A stretch of 64,000 bases of DNA from Squalus acanthias (Eukaryota), in assembly GCA_030390025.1 (NCBI GenBank), contig CM059439.1:62496001-62560000 (forward strand), given 5' to 3'. This document shows positions 38,946-52,264 of this stretch, in pieces. Below the pieces are notes generated by a model. That model had not been told where the DNA came from. It saw only the letters and a list, made by a program, of their open reading frames with translations, and searched no databases. A program made the position numbers and the translations under genes. Position 1 is the stretch's first letter, and every line of letters begins with the position of its first letter.

Positions 38946-40029
38946 CTTTATAAATGGGTTTACAATTTCACTATAGCTAGTGCAAGAGAAAAATCACAAC
39001 CCATACATTTTTTTCCTCTCAACAACTTCTAACATCCTGTACAGTCAGGGTGTTATAGATAGGATATTTTACATGGGCACTGCAACAACTTCCATTTATA
39101 TAGTGCTTTTAACTTAGCAAAATGTCCCAAGGCACTTTACAAAAAGGGAGGAGGTGGGGTAGTGGGAGGGGGAAAGAGAAGGGAAGAAGCATTAGGAAAG
39201 GTTGAAGAGGTAGGTTTTGTGGAGCCTCAAAAAGAGATGTAGCAAGGCTGAGGGGCTGAGTGAGGGAGTTGCAGAGCGTAGGGTTGTGAAGGCTGAAGAT
39301 TCTGCCCTCGATTGGGACGGGGGGGGAACAATATACCAGAGATGGAAGAGTGGAGGATGTGAGTGGGTGCATAGGACTGGATTAGAAAGGCAGACATACC
39401 ATATATCAAATAATATACTGTATAAGAGCATGATAGTCAGAGACTCTATGAAGAAAAGTTTGCATTTTCATTTAATAGTAGATTGTATTTCATTCTATAG
39501 GTATTTTTGAAGTGACTGTTTTAAACAAAAATAAAAATAGCTTCTGTGGATAAATAATTCTTGGTGATTTTTCACCTCCCTAAAGTCAAGACAGATCATA
39601 TATAAAAAAAGGTAAAGTCGGTTTGCTAGTGACCTATAGAAACAATGAATTTCCCCAAGTATGAAAACATAACGAGATTTATGTGAGAAATAAATATGAT
39701 GTCAGCCTGTATTGATGGTATGTTTCCTTCAAGCATGCCCTGATTTTGAAAGGTTTGTTAAATCAGGCAGTGTATAAAATCAGGTGGATAAAGTTCAAGG
39801 TCAGCCATAGATGAGATTATTAAAAAAAAACCTAAGGAGTTAGAAAAAGATCAACAGTGTGATTGGAGGAAGCTTGTTTTTATTTGCACATTGCCGAGAG
39901 TGCCAGCCGGATTGACTGATCTGCGCTCCTGACAGTTGGAGCTCAGTTTGTTGCATAAAGACCGTGGGATTTCTCTTATAGAAGAGATTTTCGCTCCTTT
40001 TGCTCTCCCCTCATCTCCTGAAGGCACGG

Positions 40030-40320
40030 ACTCTTGACGTGGTACAGTTCCAGACACTGTCTGGGGTTTGATACCATGCTCAAGGTGACCCTAGACAGCG
40101 AGTCCAGACAGGATAGTAAACTGCAGGGCTGAATCACAGCTGACCTTGATCCTCTCCTCCGCCAACATCCACACACGTGCATGTTCCAGCAGAATCACTT
40201 GATATCAGCCAGGGTTCCCGCTCCTGGTTACTATTTGTCCGACCCAAGCTGAAGGGCACCAAGGCCAATTGTACCAGCCCCAAAAAACATCAATGAACTC
40301 AGCACAGCTCAGACCCATGG
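40030..40320 (-). mobile_element. Inverted copy of the same SINE
   Basis: Reverse complement of 38760-38937 with few mismatches. Confidence 0.65.
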
Positions 40321-40753
40321 GCCAATGTTTTTGGGCATGTGTACCAGGTGCAGCGCCCATTTCCCAAAGTGATTTGTTTAGGTACTCTCAAAGATATGTA
40401 GCTGTGTGACTAACAGTCTAAAGGTTTATGCATACCTGGCAATTATATTTTCAGAGATAGGTAAGTAGTTAGCCTTTCAGGTGCTGAATTTCTTTTGCAT
40501 CTTGCAAGTCATGAGTTTCCCAGTTAAGTAAAGCAATGATACTAGACTGATCTTTACAAGCACGTTTACTTAGGACAGAGAAGTAGCTGTTTAGATTGCT
40601 TGTATTTCTAATCTCTACACTGCTCTTTGCGGAGATTAGACTGGTTTTCCAGGCTGGGGATTGTAAAAGTTACCATTCCTCCCTCCCCACCCCAAACCAC
40701 TTTACACTGTCCCTTCAGGATCTTGCTCAATGTCAAACGCCTTCTGAAAATCC

Positions 40754-41920
40754 AAAGTACCACATAGAAGACTGGTTAACAAAATTGAGGCTCATGGAAT
40801 AGGTGGGTCAGTGGCAGCTTGGATAAGGAAATGGCTTAAGCACAGAAAACAGCGAGTTGTGGTAAATGGCTGTTTTTCCAAATGGAGGATGGTAGACAGT
40901 GGTGTTCCCCAAGGGTCAGTGCTGGGGCCACTGCTTATTTTGAAATATATAAATAAATGAATGACCTGGATATTGGAATACAGAGTAAAATTTCTAAATT
41001 TGCTGATGACACCAAACTTGAGGTGTGGCAAACAGTGAGGATGAAACCAATCAACTGCAACAGGACATAGAAAGGCTAGCAGAATGGGCAGACAAGTGGC
41101 AGATGGAATTTAATACAGAGAAGTGTGAGGTGATGCATTTTGGCAGAAGGAACAGGGAGAGGCAATATACACTTAACGGCACAGTTTTAAAGAGTGTGCA
41201 GGAACAGAGGGACCTGGGAGTTAATGTGCATAGGTCCCTCAAGGTGGCAGGACATATTGAGAGAGTGGTTAACAAAGCATATGGGATCTTGGGTTTCATT
41301 AATAGAGGTATTGAGTACAAAAGTAGAGAAGTTATGCTGAACCTTTATAAAGCGCTGGTTAGGCCACAACTGGAGTATTGCGCCCAGTTCTGGTCACCAC
41401 ACTTTAGGAAGGACCTTGAGAGGGTGCAGAGGAGATTTACCAGAATGGTTCCGGGGATGGGGGATCTTAGCTACAAGGACAGGTTGGAGAAGCTGGATTT
41501 GTTTTCGTTGGAGCAAAGGAGGTTGAGGGGTGATTTGATAGAGGTGTACAAGATTATGACGGGTTTGGATAGGCTAGACGGGGAAAGGCTGTTCCCACTA
41601 GTTGATGGTACAAGGACTAGGGGACACAGATTTAAGGTTTTGGGCAAGAGATACGGCGGGGGGGCGGGGAATGATGAGGAACATTTTTTTTTTTTAATAA
41701 CGCAGCGAGTGGTGATGACCTGGAACCCGCTGCCGATGAAAGTGGTGGAAGCGGAGACGCTCAATGTTTTCAAGGGGAGACTGGAAAGGCACTTGAGGGA
41801 AATAAACTTTCAGGGCTCCGGGGATAGAGCAGGGGAATCAGACTGACTGGATTGCTCTACAGAGAGCCGGCACGGACTCGATGGGCCGAATGGCCTCCTT
41901 CTGTGCAGTTATGACTCTAT
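40754..41920 (+). mobile_element. CR1, 5'-truncated, in intron 3
   Basis: [34 protein letters not shown]; tail gactctatga. Confidence 0.9.
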
Positions 41921-42540
41921 GAAGGGGACAGCAGGGATTCTACAATATGTCCTGGGAAACAAATCACTAGGGGCAGGGATATAGAGAAGCACAACGACAA
42001 AGCAAAAAAATCAGGAGGGATTTTGGAATCCGAGATTGGAGGCAATAGTGAACACATGTGACCAACAGTTTGAAGATTTATGCATTTCTGGGGGCAGTCT
42101 GAAGAACTAAGCACAAGATAGTTTTGAAAACTGGTTTCGCTGTACACAAGACCCAGTGGGATACAATGATTATACTGTCAGAGACTCTTAAAGTGCATGC
42201 ACAATTGAAAACCAACTCGCCTTCCATCCAGTTAATCAAGTAGAGGATACCACAGCGTAGTGCTGAAAAGTGCATGTGTGAAAGTGGGCAAGGACAGAAT
42301 CAGTCAAAGCTGTAATGTACCCCACAGTCAAATATCCTGTTGACACACTGTCTAGGCTCATAAGGAATGGCCATTTGGGTGAGGCACTGGATAACAGTCA
42401 CCATCGGAGATGGCTTGATGGACATTTTCTTATTCCAAGTTTTGTGCTCTTAATGAAATTCATTAAATCATAGCAGGTTTGAGGTGTAAAACTACCTCAA
42501 TGATAGATATCCTTATAAAGAAATATGTGCATTTATATAG

Positions 42541-42792
42541 CAGAGTGACTGCTGCCAACAACCGGAAGCTGCGCAGAAGCGTACTGTGCATTAATTAGGA
42601 AGCGGATATCGATGAGGTTTCAGCTTCCCCCCTCAACCCCCACAGAGCCCGCTCCCTTCCCGGCTTCCCCCCCCAGAGCCCGCTCCCTTCCCGGCTTTCC
42701 CCCCAGCCAGTGAGTCGCGATGCGAACAACCAAAAAAACACTTGGACTGCACACGCGCAACTACTTCAACTTCATTGGCAGCAGTTGCTGCC
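42541..42792. mobile_element. MITE inserted in a SINE tail
   Basis: 11-bp perfect inverted repeat actgctgccaa/ttggcagcagt near the ends; flanking duplication TTTATATAG; internal ~31-bp tandem duplication. Confidence 0.6.
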
Positions 42793-43160
42793 TTTATATA
42801 GCACCTTTCACAACCACTGGACGTCCCAAAACTTTTTGAAGTGTAGTCGCTGTTGTAATGTAAACACAGCAAGCTCCCACAAACAGCTTGTAATAATGAC
42901 CAGATAATCTGTTTTAGTGATGTTGATTGAGGGATCAATATTGGCTAGGGAATAGCTCCCCTGCTCTTCTTCGAAATAGTACCATAGGATCTTATGTCCA
43001 CCTGAGGGGGCAGTCGGAGCCTTGGTTTAACGTCTCATCCGACAGTGCATCACTCCCTCAGTACTACACTGGAGTGTCAGCCTTGATTTTTGTGCTCAAG
43101 TGTCTGGAGTGGGACTTGAACCCACAACCTTCTGCCTCAGAGGCGAGGGTGCTACCAACT
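42793..43160 (-). mobile_element. Deu-domain SINE
   Basis: Reverse complement of the 4005-4434 family. Confidence 0.75.
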
Positions 43161-43906
43161 GAGCCACGGCTGACTACTATGATCAAGAAAATACCAGGAG
43201 ATATGTTTTACTCGTGTAAAATTCTCCTACGAAACTGGGGACATTTAGAAGGAAAAACATTTGATAACTTCCCACACAGAGCAAAATATAACCACAAAAA
43301 GCTACACAACAAAGATTAAGGCTTGCTATTCTTCATCGTTAACAAAGAAAGAAGTCACCACTTACCCTCAGTGTAGTTACTGTTTGTGATAATTTGTTAC
43401 CCCAATTATATTATAGTGCTGCCTTGAAGTTGGTTTCATTCCTTACCTCAGGGGGTAAAACACCACCAGCAAAGGCCCTTCAGATTATTGTGGATGGCAA
43501 GAGGAGAGGGTCCCAGACCCTCTATAGAGAAGGGCAACCAACCACAAAACAGAGGATCTAGGAGCTGTGGGCAGCAATCAGTTGGGAAGTCAGTGAAGTC
43601 ATTTTGCTCTGGCTGCATTTCTATTTTGCGTGGACCTTCACATAATTCCCGAGGCTTAGATTGGCAATGTGGCATTTGTGAACGTTGAGCCGCTGTGCAA
43701 GCTGCCAATCTTACAAGTCTTGGAATCGGTCCTGCACTGCAAATGGGACCAAATTTGGATTACCCAGAATTGGATATAAATGTGGTATTAAATTGCCAAC
43801 CCAGTAATGGATCACTTGAAGTGTGGACTGCAATTATATCTGGAAAGCACAAAGCCCCCGTAATATAGATAAGGAACAAGACGTTATCATAAAAACCCAA
43901 CAGGCT

Positions 43907-46900
43907 CACTAATCTTCTTTAGGGAAGGAAACCTGCCGTCCTGACTCCAGACCCACAGCAATGTGGTTGACTCTTAACTGCCCTCTGAAATGGCCTAGCA
44001 ATCCACTCAGTTGTATCAAACCACTACAAAGAAGTATAATAAGAACAAAACTGGATAGACCACCCAGCATCGACCTCAGCATTGGATTTGAACACGACAA
44101 AGGCACACTCAACCCAGTCAACCCTGCAAAGTCCTCCTCACTAATATGGGAGTCCTCAACATTTACTCAGGATCCATGAAGTCTCATGGCATCAGGTCAA
44201 ACATGGGCAAGGAAACCTCCTGCTGATTACCACCTACCGCCCACCCTCATACTGATGAATCAGTACTCCTCCATGTTGAACAACACTTGGAAGAAGCACT
44301 GAGGGTAGCAAGGGCACATAATGTACTCTGGGTGGGGGACTTTAACATCCATCACCAAGAGTGGTTCGATAGTACCACCACTGGCCAAGTCCTGAAGGAC
44401 ATATCAGCCAGACTGGGCTGGTGATGAGAACCAACACGAGAGAAAAACTGACTTGACCTCATCCTCTCCAATCCACCTGTAGCAGATGCATCTATCCATG
44501 ACAGTATTGGTAGGAGTGACCACCACACAGTCTTTGTGGATACGAAGTCCTGTCTTCACACGGACGGCACCCTCCATCGTGTTGTGTGGCACTACCACCG
44601 GGCTAAATGGGATAGATTCAGAACAGATCTCGCAGCTCAAAAAATGGGCATCCATGAGGCACTGTGAGCCATCAGCAGCAGCAGAATTGTATTCCACTAT
44701 GATGTGTAACCTCATGGCCCGGCATATCCCTCACTACCATTACCATCAAGCCAGGGAACCAACCCTGATTCAATAAGGAGTGTAGAAGAGCATGCCGGGA
44801 GCAGCACCAGGCGTTCCTGAAAACGAGGTGCCAACCTGGGGAAGCTACAGAGTCATACAGCACAGAAAGAGGCCCTTCAGCCTATCGTGTCCACGCCAGC
44901 CATCAAGCCCCGTCTATTCTAATCCCATTTTCCAGCACTTGGTCCGTAGCCTTGTATGCTATGGTGTTTCAAGTGCTCATCTAAATGCTTCTTGAATGTT
45001 GAGGGTTCCTACCTCTACCACCCTTTCAGGCAGTGAGTTCCAGATTCCAACCACCTGCTGGGTAAAAAAGCTTTTCCTCAAATCCCCTCTAAATCTCCTG
45101 CCCCTTACCTTGAAACTATGCCCCCTGGTTATTGACCCCTCTACCAAGGGGAGAAGTTCCTTTCTATCTACCCTATCTATGCCCCTCATAATTTTGTACA
45201 CCTCAATCAGGTCCCCCCTGCTCTAAGGAAAACAACCCCAGCCTGTCCAGTCTCTCTTCATAGCTGAAGCGCTCCAGCCCAGGTAACATCCTGGTGAATC
45301 TCCTCTGCACCCTCTCCAATGCAATCACATCCTTCCTATATAGTGTGGCGACCAGAACTGCACACAGTATTCCAGCTGTGGCCTAACTAGCGTTTTGTAC
45401 AGCTCCATCATAACCTCCCTGCTCTTATATTCTATGCCTCGGCTAATGAAGGCACGTATCCCATATGCCTTTTTAATCACCTTATCTACTCGTCCTGCTG
45501 CCTTCAGGGATCTATGTATATGCACACCAAGGTCCCTCTGAGCCTCTGTCCTTCCTAGGGTCCTACCATTCATTGTGTATTCCCTTGCCTTGTTAGTCCT
45601 CCCAAAATGCATCACCTCACACTTTTCAGGGTTAAATTCCATTTGCCACTATTCTGCCCATCTAACCATCCCGTCTATATCGTCCTGTAGCCTGAGGCTT
45701 CTCTCCTCGCTATTTACCACTCCACCAATTTTCATGTCATCTGCGAACTTACTGATCATACCTCCTACATTCATATCTAAATCATTAATGTACACTACAA
45801 ACAGCAAAGGACCCAGCACCGATCCCTGCGATACACCACTGGACACAGGCTTCCAATCACAAAAATAACCTTCGACCATCACCCTCTGCCTCCTGCCACT
45901 AAGCCAATTTTGGATCCAATGTGCCAAGTTGCCCTGGATTCCATGGGCTCTTACCTTCTTGACCAGTCTCCCATGCGGGACTTTGTCAAAAGCCTTACTG
46001 AAGTCCATGTAGACCACATCAACTGCACTACCCTCATCCATACACCTAGTCACCCCCTCGAAAAATTCAATCAAATTGGTCAGACATGATCTCCCCCTGA
46101 CAAAGCTATGCTGACTATCCTTGATTAATCCCTGCCTCTCCAAGTGGAGACTAATTCTGTCCCTAAATTTTTTTCCAATAATTTCCCTACCATGGACATT
46201 AGGCTCACTGGCCTGTAATTCCCTGGTTTACCCCTACTACCCTTGAACAATGGTACTAAGTTAGCTGTTCTCCAGTCCTCTGGCACCTCCCCTGTGGCCA
46301 GAGAGGTTCTGAAAATTTGTGTCAGAGCCCCTGCAATCTCCTCCCTTGCCTCACAGCAGCCTGGGATACATCCAGTCTGGGCCTGAGGATTTATCCACTT
46401 TTAAGCCTGCTAAAACTGCTAGTACCTACTCCCTCTCAATACTAATTTGTTCAAGTATATCACAATCCCCCTGCCTGATTTCTATGCCTACATCGTCCTT
46501 CTCCATAGTGAACACAGATGCAAAATATTCATTTAAAACCTCACTTACATCTTCTGGCTCTACACAGATTGCCACTTTGGTCCCTAATGGGCCCTACCCT
46601 TTCCCTGGTTATCCTCTTGCCCTTAATATACTTATAAAACACCTTGGGATTTTCCTTTATTTTGCCCGCCAGTGTTATTTCATGCCCCCTCTTCGCTCTC
46701 CTAATTTCTTCTTTAAGTACCCCCCTGCACTTTCTGTACTCCTCCAGGGCTTCCACTGTTTAGTCCTTTGTATCTGCCAAAAGCCTCCCTTTTTCCCCCC
46801 CCTAATCCATTCTTGTATATCCCTTGACATCCAGGGTTCCCTGGGTTTGTTGGTCCCACCCTTGACCTTTATGGGAACATGTTGGCATTGTACTCTCTAT

Positions 46901-49490
46901 TTCCTTTCTGAAAGACTCCCAGTGCTCCGATGTGGATTTTCAAACAGGTAGCTGATCCCAGTCCACTTTGGCCAGATCCTGCCTTATCATATTAAAATCC
47001 CAGCAAAGTGCTTGCCCCCTTTTTGTTTAAGTTCTACCCATATGGCCTCATTAGAGGAACCCGCTAAGATATCATCCCTCCTTACAGCAGTAATTGACTC
47101 CTTGATTAATATTGCGACACCCCCTCCTCTTTTACACCCCCCCTGTCTCGCCTGAAGATTCTATACCCTGGAATATTGAGCTGCTAGTCCTGCCCTTCCT
47201 TCAACTATGTCTCGGTGATAGCAACAAAAGCATACTCCCATGTGTTCATCAACACCTTCAATTCATTTGCCTTACTCAAGACTCCTTGCATTAAAATAAA
47301 TGCCATCCAGCCTTGCCATACTCCCTTGTGATGTTACATATTTGCTCTGCCTTCCAGGCTGACTTGTTTTTTCCTCTATATTTGGCGGTGCCTCACCCCC
47401 TACTATAGCTCCACTCCGTATCCCATCCCCCTGCCAAGTTAGTTTAAACCACCCCCAACAGCACTAGCAAACCTCCCCGCAAGGATGTTGATCCTGTTCC
47501 GGTTCAGGTGCAACCCGTCCGACTTGTACAGGTCCCACCTTCCCCAGAAGCAGACCCAGTGATCCAGGAAACTAAAGCCCTCCCTCCTGCACCAACTCTC
47601 TAGCCACGCATTCATCTGCTCTATCCTCCTATTCCTATACTCACTAGCACGTGAGTAATCCAGAGATTACAACCTTTGAGGTCCTGCTTTTTAATCTGCT
47701 ACCTAGCTCCCTAAATTCTTGTTGCAGGACCTCATCCCTCTTTCTCACATGTCGTTAGTACCAATGTGAACCACGACCTCTAACTGGTCGCCCTCCCCCT
47801 TCAGAATGCCCTGCAGCCGTTCAGTGACATCCTTGACCCTGGCACCAGGGAGGCAACATACCATCCTGGAGTCACGTCTGCGGCCACAGAAACGTCTATC
47901 TGTTCCCCTTACGATAGAATCCCCTATCACTATTGCTCTCCCACTCTTTTTCCTCCCCTCTGTGCAGCCGAGCCACTTGTCGTGCCATGGACTTGGCTCT
48001 TGCTGCATTCCCCTGAGAAACCATCTCCCCAATCAGTATCCAAAATGGAAAATCTGTTGGAGGGGGTGATGGACCCAGGGGACTCCTGCACTTCCTTCCT
48101 AGTTCTTTTACTCTGTCTGGCAGTCACCCATTTCCTGTCTGCTTGTGCACTCTACCTGCGGTGTGACCACCTCGTTAAACGTGCTATCCACGAAGATCTC
48201 AGCTTCGTGGATGCTGCACAGTGACTCCAGCCGCAGCTCCAGCTCCGAAATACAGAACTACATGCATGCTAAACAGTGGAAGCAGCACGCTATAGACAGA
48301 GCTAAGCGATCCCACAACCAACAGATCAAAGCTCAGTGGTCCTGCCACATCGTCATAATGGTGGTGGACCATTAAACAACGAGGAGGAAGCTCCATGAAC
48401 ATCCCCATCCTCAACGATGGCGAAGTCCAGCACGTGAGTGCAAAAGACAAGGCTGAAGCCAGAAGTGCCGAGTGGATGATCCATCTCTGCCTCCTCCTGC
48501 GATCCCCAGCATCATAGATGTCAGTCTTCAGCCAATTCGATTCACTCCATGTAGTATCAAGAAACAGCTGAGCACACGACACAGCAAAGGCTACGGGCCC
48601 CAACAACATTCCTGCTGTAGTGCTGAAGACCTGTGCTCCAGAACTAGCCGCGCCTCTAGCCAAACTGTTCCAGTACAGCTATAACACTGGCATCTACTTC
48701 AGATAATGAAGCAGTCCATGCTCGCATGCAGCAAGACCTCCACAACATTCAGGCTTGGGCTGATAAGTAGCAAGAGAGTGTCTAACCACCTCCACTTGAC
48801 ATTCAATGACATTACCAACGTCAAATCCCCCACCATCAACATCCTGGGGGTCACCAGTGACCAGAAACTTAACTGGACCAGCCACAAATACTGTGGCTAC
48901 CAGAGCACATCAGAGGCTGGGTATTCTGCAGCGAGTGACTCACCTCCTGACTCCCCAAGGCCTTTCCCACCACCTACAAGGCACAAGTAAGGAGTGTGAT
49001 GGAATACGTTCCACTTGCTTGGATGAGTGCAGCTCCAACACTCAAGAAGCTAGACACCATCTGAACAAAGCAGTCCATTGACCCCTTTAAACCTTCACTC
49101 CCTCCACCACCAGCACACTGTGGCTGCAGTGGGTATCATCTACAAAATGCACTGCAGCAAGTCACCAAGGCGACTTTGACAGCACCTCCCAAACCCACGA
49201 CCTCTACCACCTAAAAGGACAAGAGCACCAGGTGGATGGGAACACCACCACCTCCAAGTTCCCCTCCAAGTCACACACCATCCTGATAGACATATATTGC
49301 TGTTCCTTCATGGTCATTGTGTCAAAATCCTGAAACTCCCTACCTAACAGCACTGTGGGAGCACCTTCATCACACAGACTGCAGCTACTCAAGGCAGCGG
49401 CTCACCACCACCTTCTCAAGGGCAAATAGGGATGGGCAATAAATGCTGGCCTTGTCAGTGATGCCACATCCAGTGAATGAATAAATAGAA
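43907..49490 (+). mobile_element. Second copy of the APE-RT LINE family (internally deleted), interrupted by a CR1
   Basis: Matches 13595-16495; both arms join at gaagctaca|...|tacagaactac; 3' end gggcaataaatgctggcc..gaatgaataaa. Confidence 0.82.
44849..48250 (-). mobile_element. Near full-length decayed CR1 (ORF1 esterase remnant + ORF2)
   Basis: VIGDSIVRG..CCLPGARV..HIGTND; YMDFSKAFDKVPH; FADD. Confidence 0.88.
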
Positions 49491-49669
49491 AAAAAACCTG
49501 TGCAAAAACAATGCAATTAAACAAATGAAAAATCTGAGAAACAGTCAGTCTGCTGCTTGGCTACAGTAATTCAAATTGGGTACCAGATTACATTAGCAGA
49601 GGGATAGGATCTAAATCAGAAGAAATTAAATACTGTTGGTGTAGAAGGCATTGGTCAAATCCTATCTAA

Positions 49670-51450
49670 GGGGGTCATTTTCTCTTAGTGCCCTGATTGT
49701 GTTCTAAATGACAGTATCTGAGCTTAAAGAAAAACTGTCATTTGAACTAAGGTGTGAGAAGGCCTCCTTTAATGATGAGGCCTTTCAGATTATTGTGATG
49801 GCATGAGGAGATGATACCCATACCCTGTACAGGTCAGAAAGGTAACCCATCACTAAATAAAGGATCCCAGTGGTATACGGGGTAATCACTTGAGAGGTCA
49901 ATAACTCTCACTCACTGAAGGAGGGCTGGTTGTCGTGCTGAGTTTTAGCATCACTTGGTTAGTCACTTTGTGATTCCAACTTCACAGGTATTGCTGATGA
50001 AACAAAGAATCCTTTACGAACTAGTGAGCTAGTCACTTGCCTCAATACACAAGTTGAGATGGATACAGTGACTTATTCTGCCACCCAATTTCACAGTGTT
50101 ATGTAGCAAGAGCCTGCTGCTCATCAGGCTGCCACTGAGCAGTATACAGCATTGGTAGCATAGTCAGCAAAATCACAAACAGGTCCTCGATACCTCAGGA
50201 ATTCCACAAACCTTTCAATGGATCATCACTTGGGAGTAGCACCTGAGGGAGAACATGGCACACAAGTTCAGGAAGCACAAAGGGGCAGCATAGCCGTGCA
50301 TCATGTTACACATACTACACACTTACATTAATAAAAGCAAACCTTGAACTTAAAGTTTGCAGTCAATACTTTTTAATGTAAAATGATTGTGAAAAAGCAC
50401 TTAATATTGCATATGCACCCCCCCCCCCCGCCCACCCACCCAAATAAACTAAACAGTTTTAGTTGAAGTGTGCCGAGAACATTCTGCATTTTGCCCTTCT
50501 GTTTGTATAAAGGACCATGTGCTGGCCTCCAAGGAAAAACAGTGCCTGTTGTAACCGTGAGGCACTGGCTCGTGTGCTTCAGGGACATTCATATTCCCCC
50601 TCATTCTCTTCCTGCAATCTGCCTTATTGGCACTCTTCTTTTGCAAGAATGTGTAGCTCTCTTTCAAAGCAATATTGTGCAGCACGCTAAATACTACAAT
50701 TATTTTGCCAACTCCGACTGGATCATACGGCAGGCAGAGCAATCCAAACAAACATCGGAAATATTTTCAGTAGCCAATGATTCCTTCTATTACATTTATG
50801 CTTCACAAGTGTGTGTTGTCATAGGCCCTTTCTTGCAGGATCCAAGGAGACAGCCATGTTTGGAATGGGTTAACCGATGTCGCCCAGGACCCAATCTTGC
50901 ATTCTGTCTTCTCCCTCAAACAGTTCTGGAATGCACGACTTCCCTCAAAATGTGTGCATCATGTGCATTCCCTGGAAAACAAGCATTAACTTGCTTCTTA
51001 TTTTTTGCCACTGGTCACATACCATCTGAACATTGGGGGAGCAGTAACCTTCCCTGTTGATAAGGGGGGGATGATACCATCTGCGGGTGGATGAGCAGAA
51101 TCAGTGGCGCCTTGTATTCGGGGAATGCCACACTGGTAAAACTGGGTTGGCCTCTCCAATTGGTGCATGTTGAGACATGGTGGAAGAGGCGGTCTGTCAC
51201 CTAAGTGATGAACTGTATACTGATTCAAGTGATGTCTCCTGGTAGCACCCAGTGGTGTGGAGGTTGAGCATGGTGGCTACTTTGTGTTCTATTAGGAGAG
51301 CTGTCTGGTTTTAGGAACTAACAAGGCTGAGATTGCACCCTTGTTGAGGTGCAGCCTCTTCACATACTTCCTCGGTGAGGATCAGGAGGTAAGTGGCACA
51401 TCAGCAATATTCACACTACATAGAGTAGTAATGAATCCTGAAAGATCATG
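49670..51450. mobile_element. Old, highly decayed Harbinger in intron 3 (related fragment at ~43450-43790)
   Basis: The - strand has remnants GIPRIQGATDSAH and LPYDP..KIIVVFSVLHNIAL; the + strand has a Myb-like remnant near 49760. Confidence 0.6.
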
Positions 51451-52190
51451 GCCTCACATCTCATACATTGTCTCATGGTGTTACTCAACAGTTCCTCAAA
51501 CTCCCAAGTATCTAGCATTTGATGGACCACGCATACAGCAGTTGTCACCATCATTTTTCAGGCTGTATGGGCTCAGCACTATTGCTCACTGAAATTAATG
51601 CAATGTAAAAATGAAGATAATTTCAAAATAAAATTGTACATTCTGCATTAATTTCTGCTTACCAACAACCACCAACACATTAAAGGATATACACACACTC
51701 TTGAAATATTTACTGAGGTGCTCAGCACCTACCGGAATCTCACAGCAGGGATGTGGTAGAGTATTCCCACAGCAGGGATGTGGAAGATTATTCCCACCTT
51801 GGATATTAGTTAGCCGGCGGCACACAGTGAAACCTGCTGATGGGAATACCTCTGGGAAAAAGCAAACCGTGTCCTTGATCCGCTAATTCCTATTAGGCAA
51901 ATATTGTAGGGAGTATGGAGAATTAATCCAGTGGCTAAACAAATGTGCTGTGTAAACGAGGACTCTCCTGAACAGGGTACCCATTGAAGTGTGTACTCCA
52001 TAGAACAGAGACGGGATATCCTTCCAGAATTAGCATTACAAAAGGTGCCAACACAAAAACTAAACAAACACATAGCATAGCGTTGGCTGAAACATTTGAT
52101 GTGCAAATGTGGCTAGAATTTGTGAAATGGTGTGGAAATAAGACAAGAATGCTTGCCACATACTTTCATTCTGCTGTGTTTTTATTCCAG

Positions 52191-52264
52191 AGTCGGCCGC
52201 TGACAGCCAGGACTCGGGGCTGATCTGTCTTGGAAGTCAGAGTTCTTCCCAGGAGAGCAATTGA
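52191..52264 (+). CDS. dmrtb1: DMRTB1 terminal coding exon 4
   Basis: Strong acceptor ctttcattctgctgtgtttttattccag|. Phase-1 join gives ESAADSQDSGLICLGSQSSSQESN-stop (TGA 52262-52264), resembling the recalled human DMRTB1 end ..DDQDAEVLSGEPSQPSSQEQSD. Confidence 0.8.

Noticed and set aside
39990-40750. Alternative terminal exons for Dmrt6 (acceptors near 40023, 40508, 40718)
   Set aside because: They give very short peptides with no DMRTB1 similarity; 52191 fits far better.
50470-51060. 196-aa + strand ORF
   Set aside because: Antisense shadow of the decayed Harbinger transposase.
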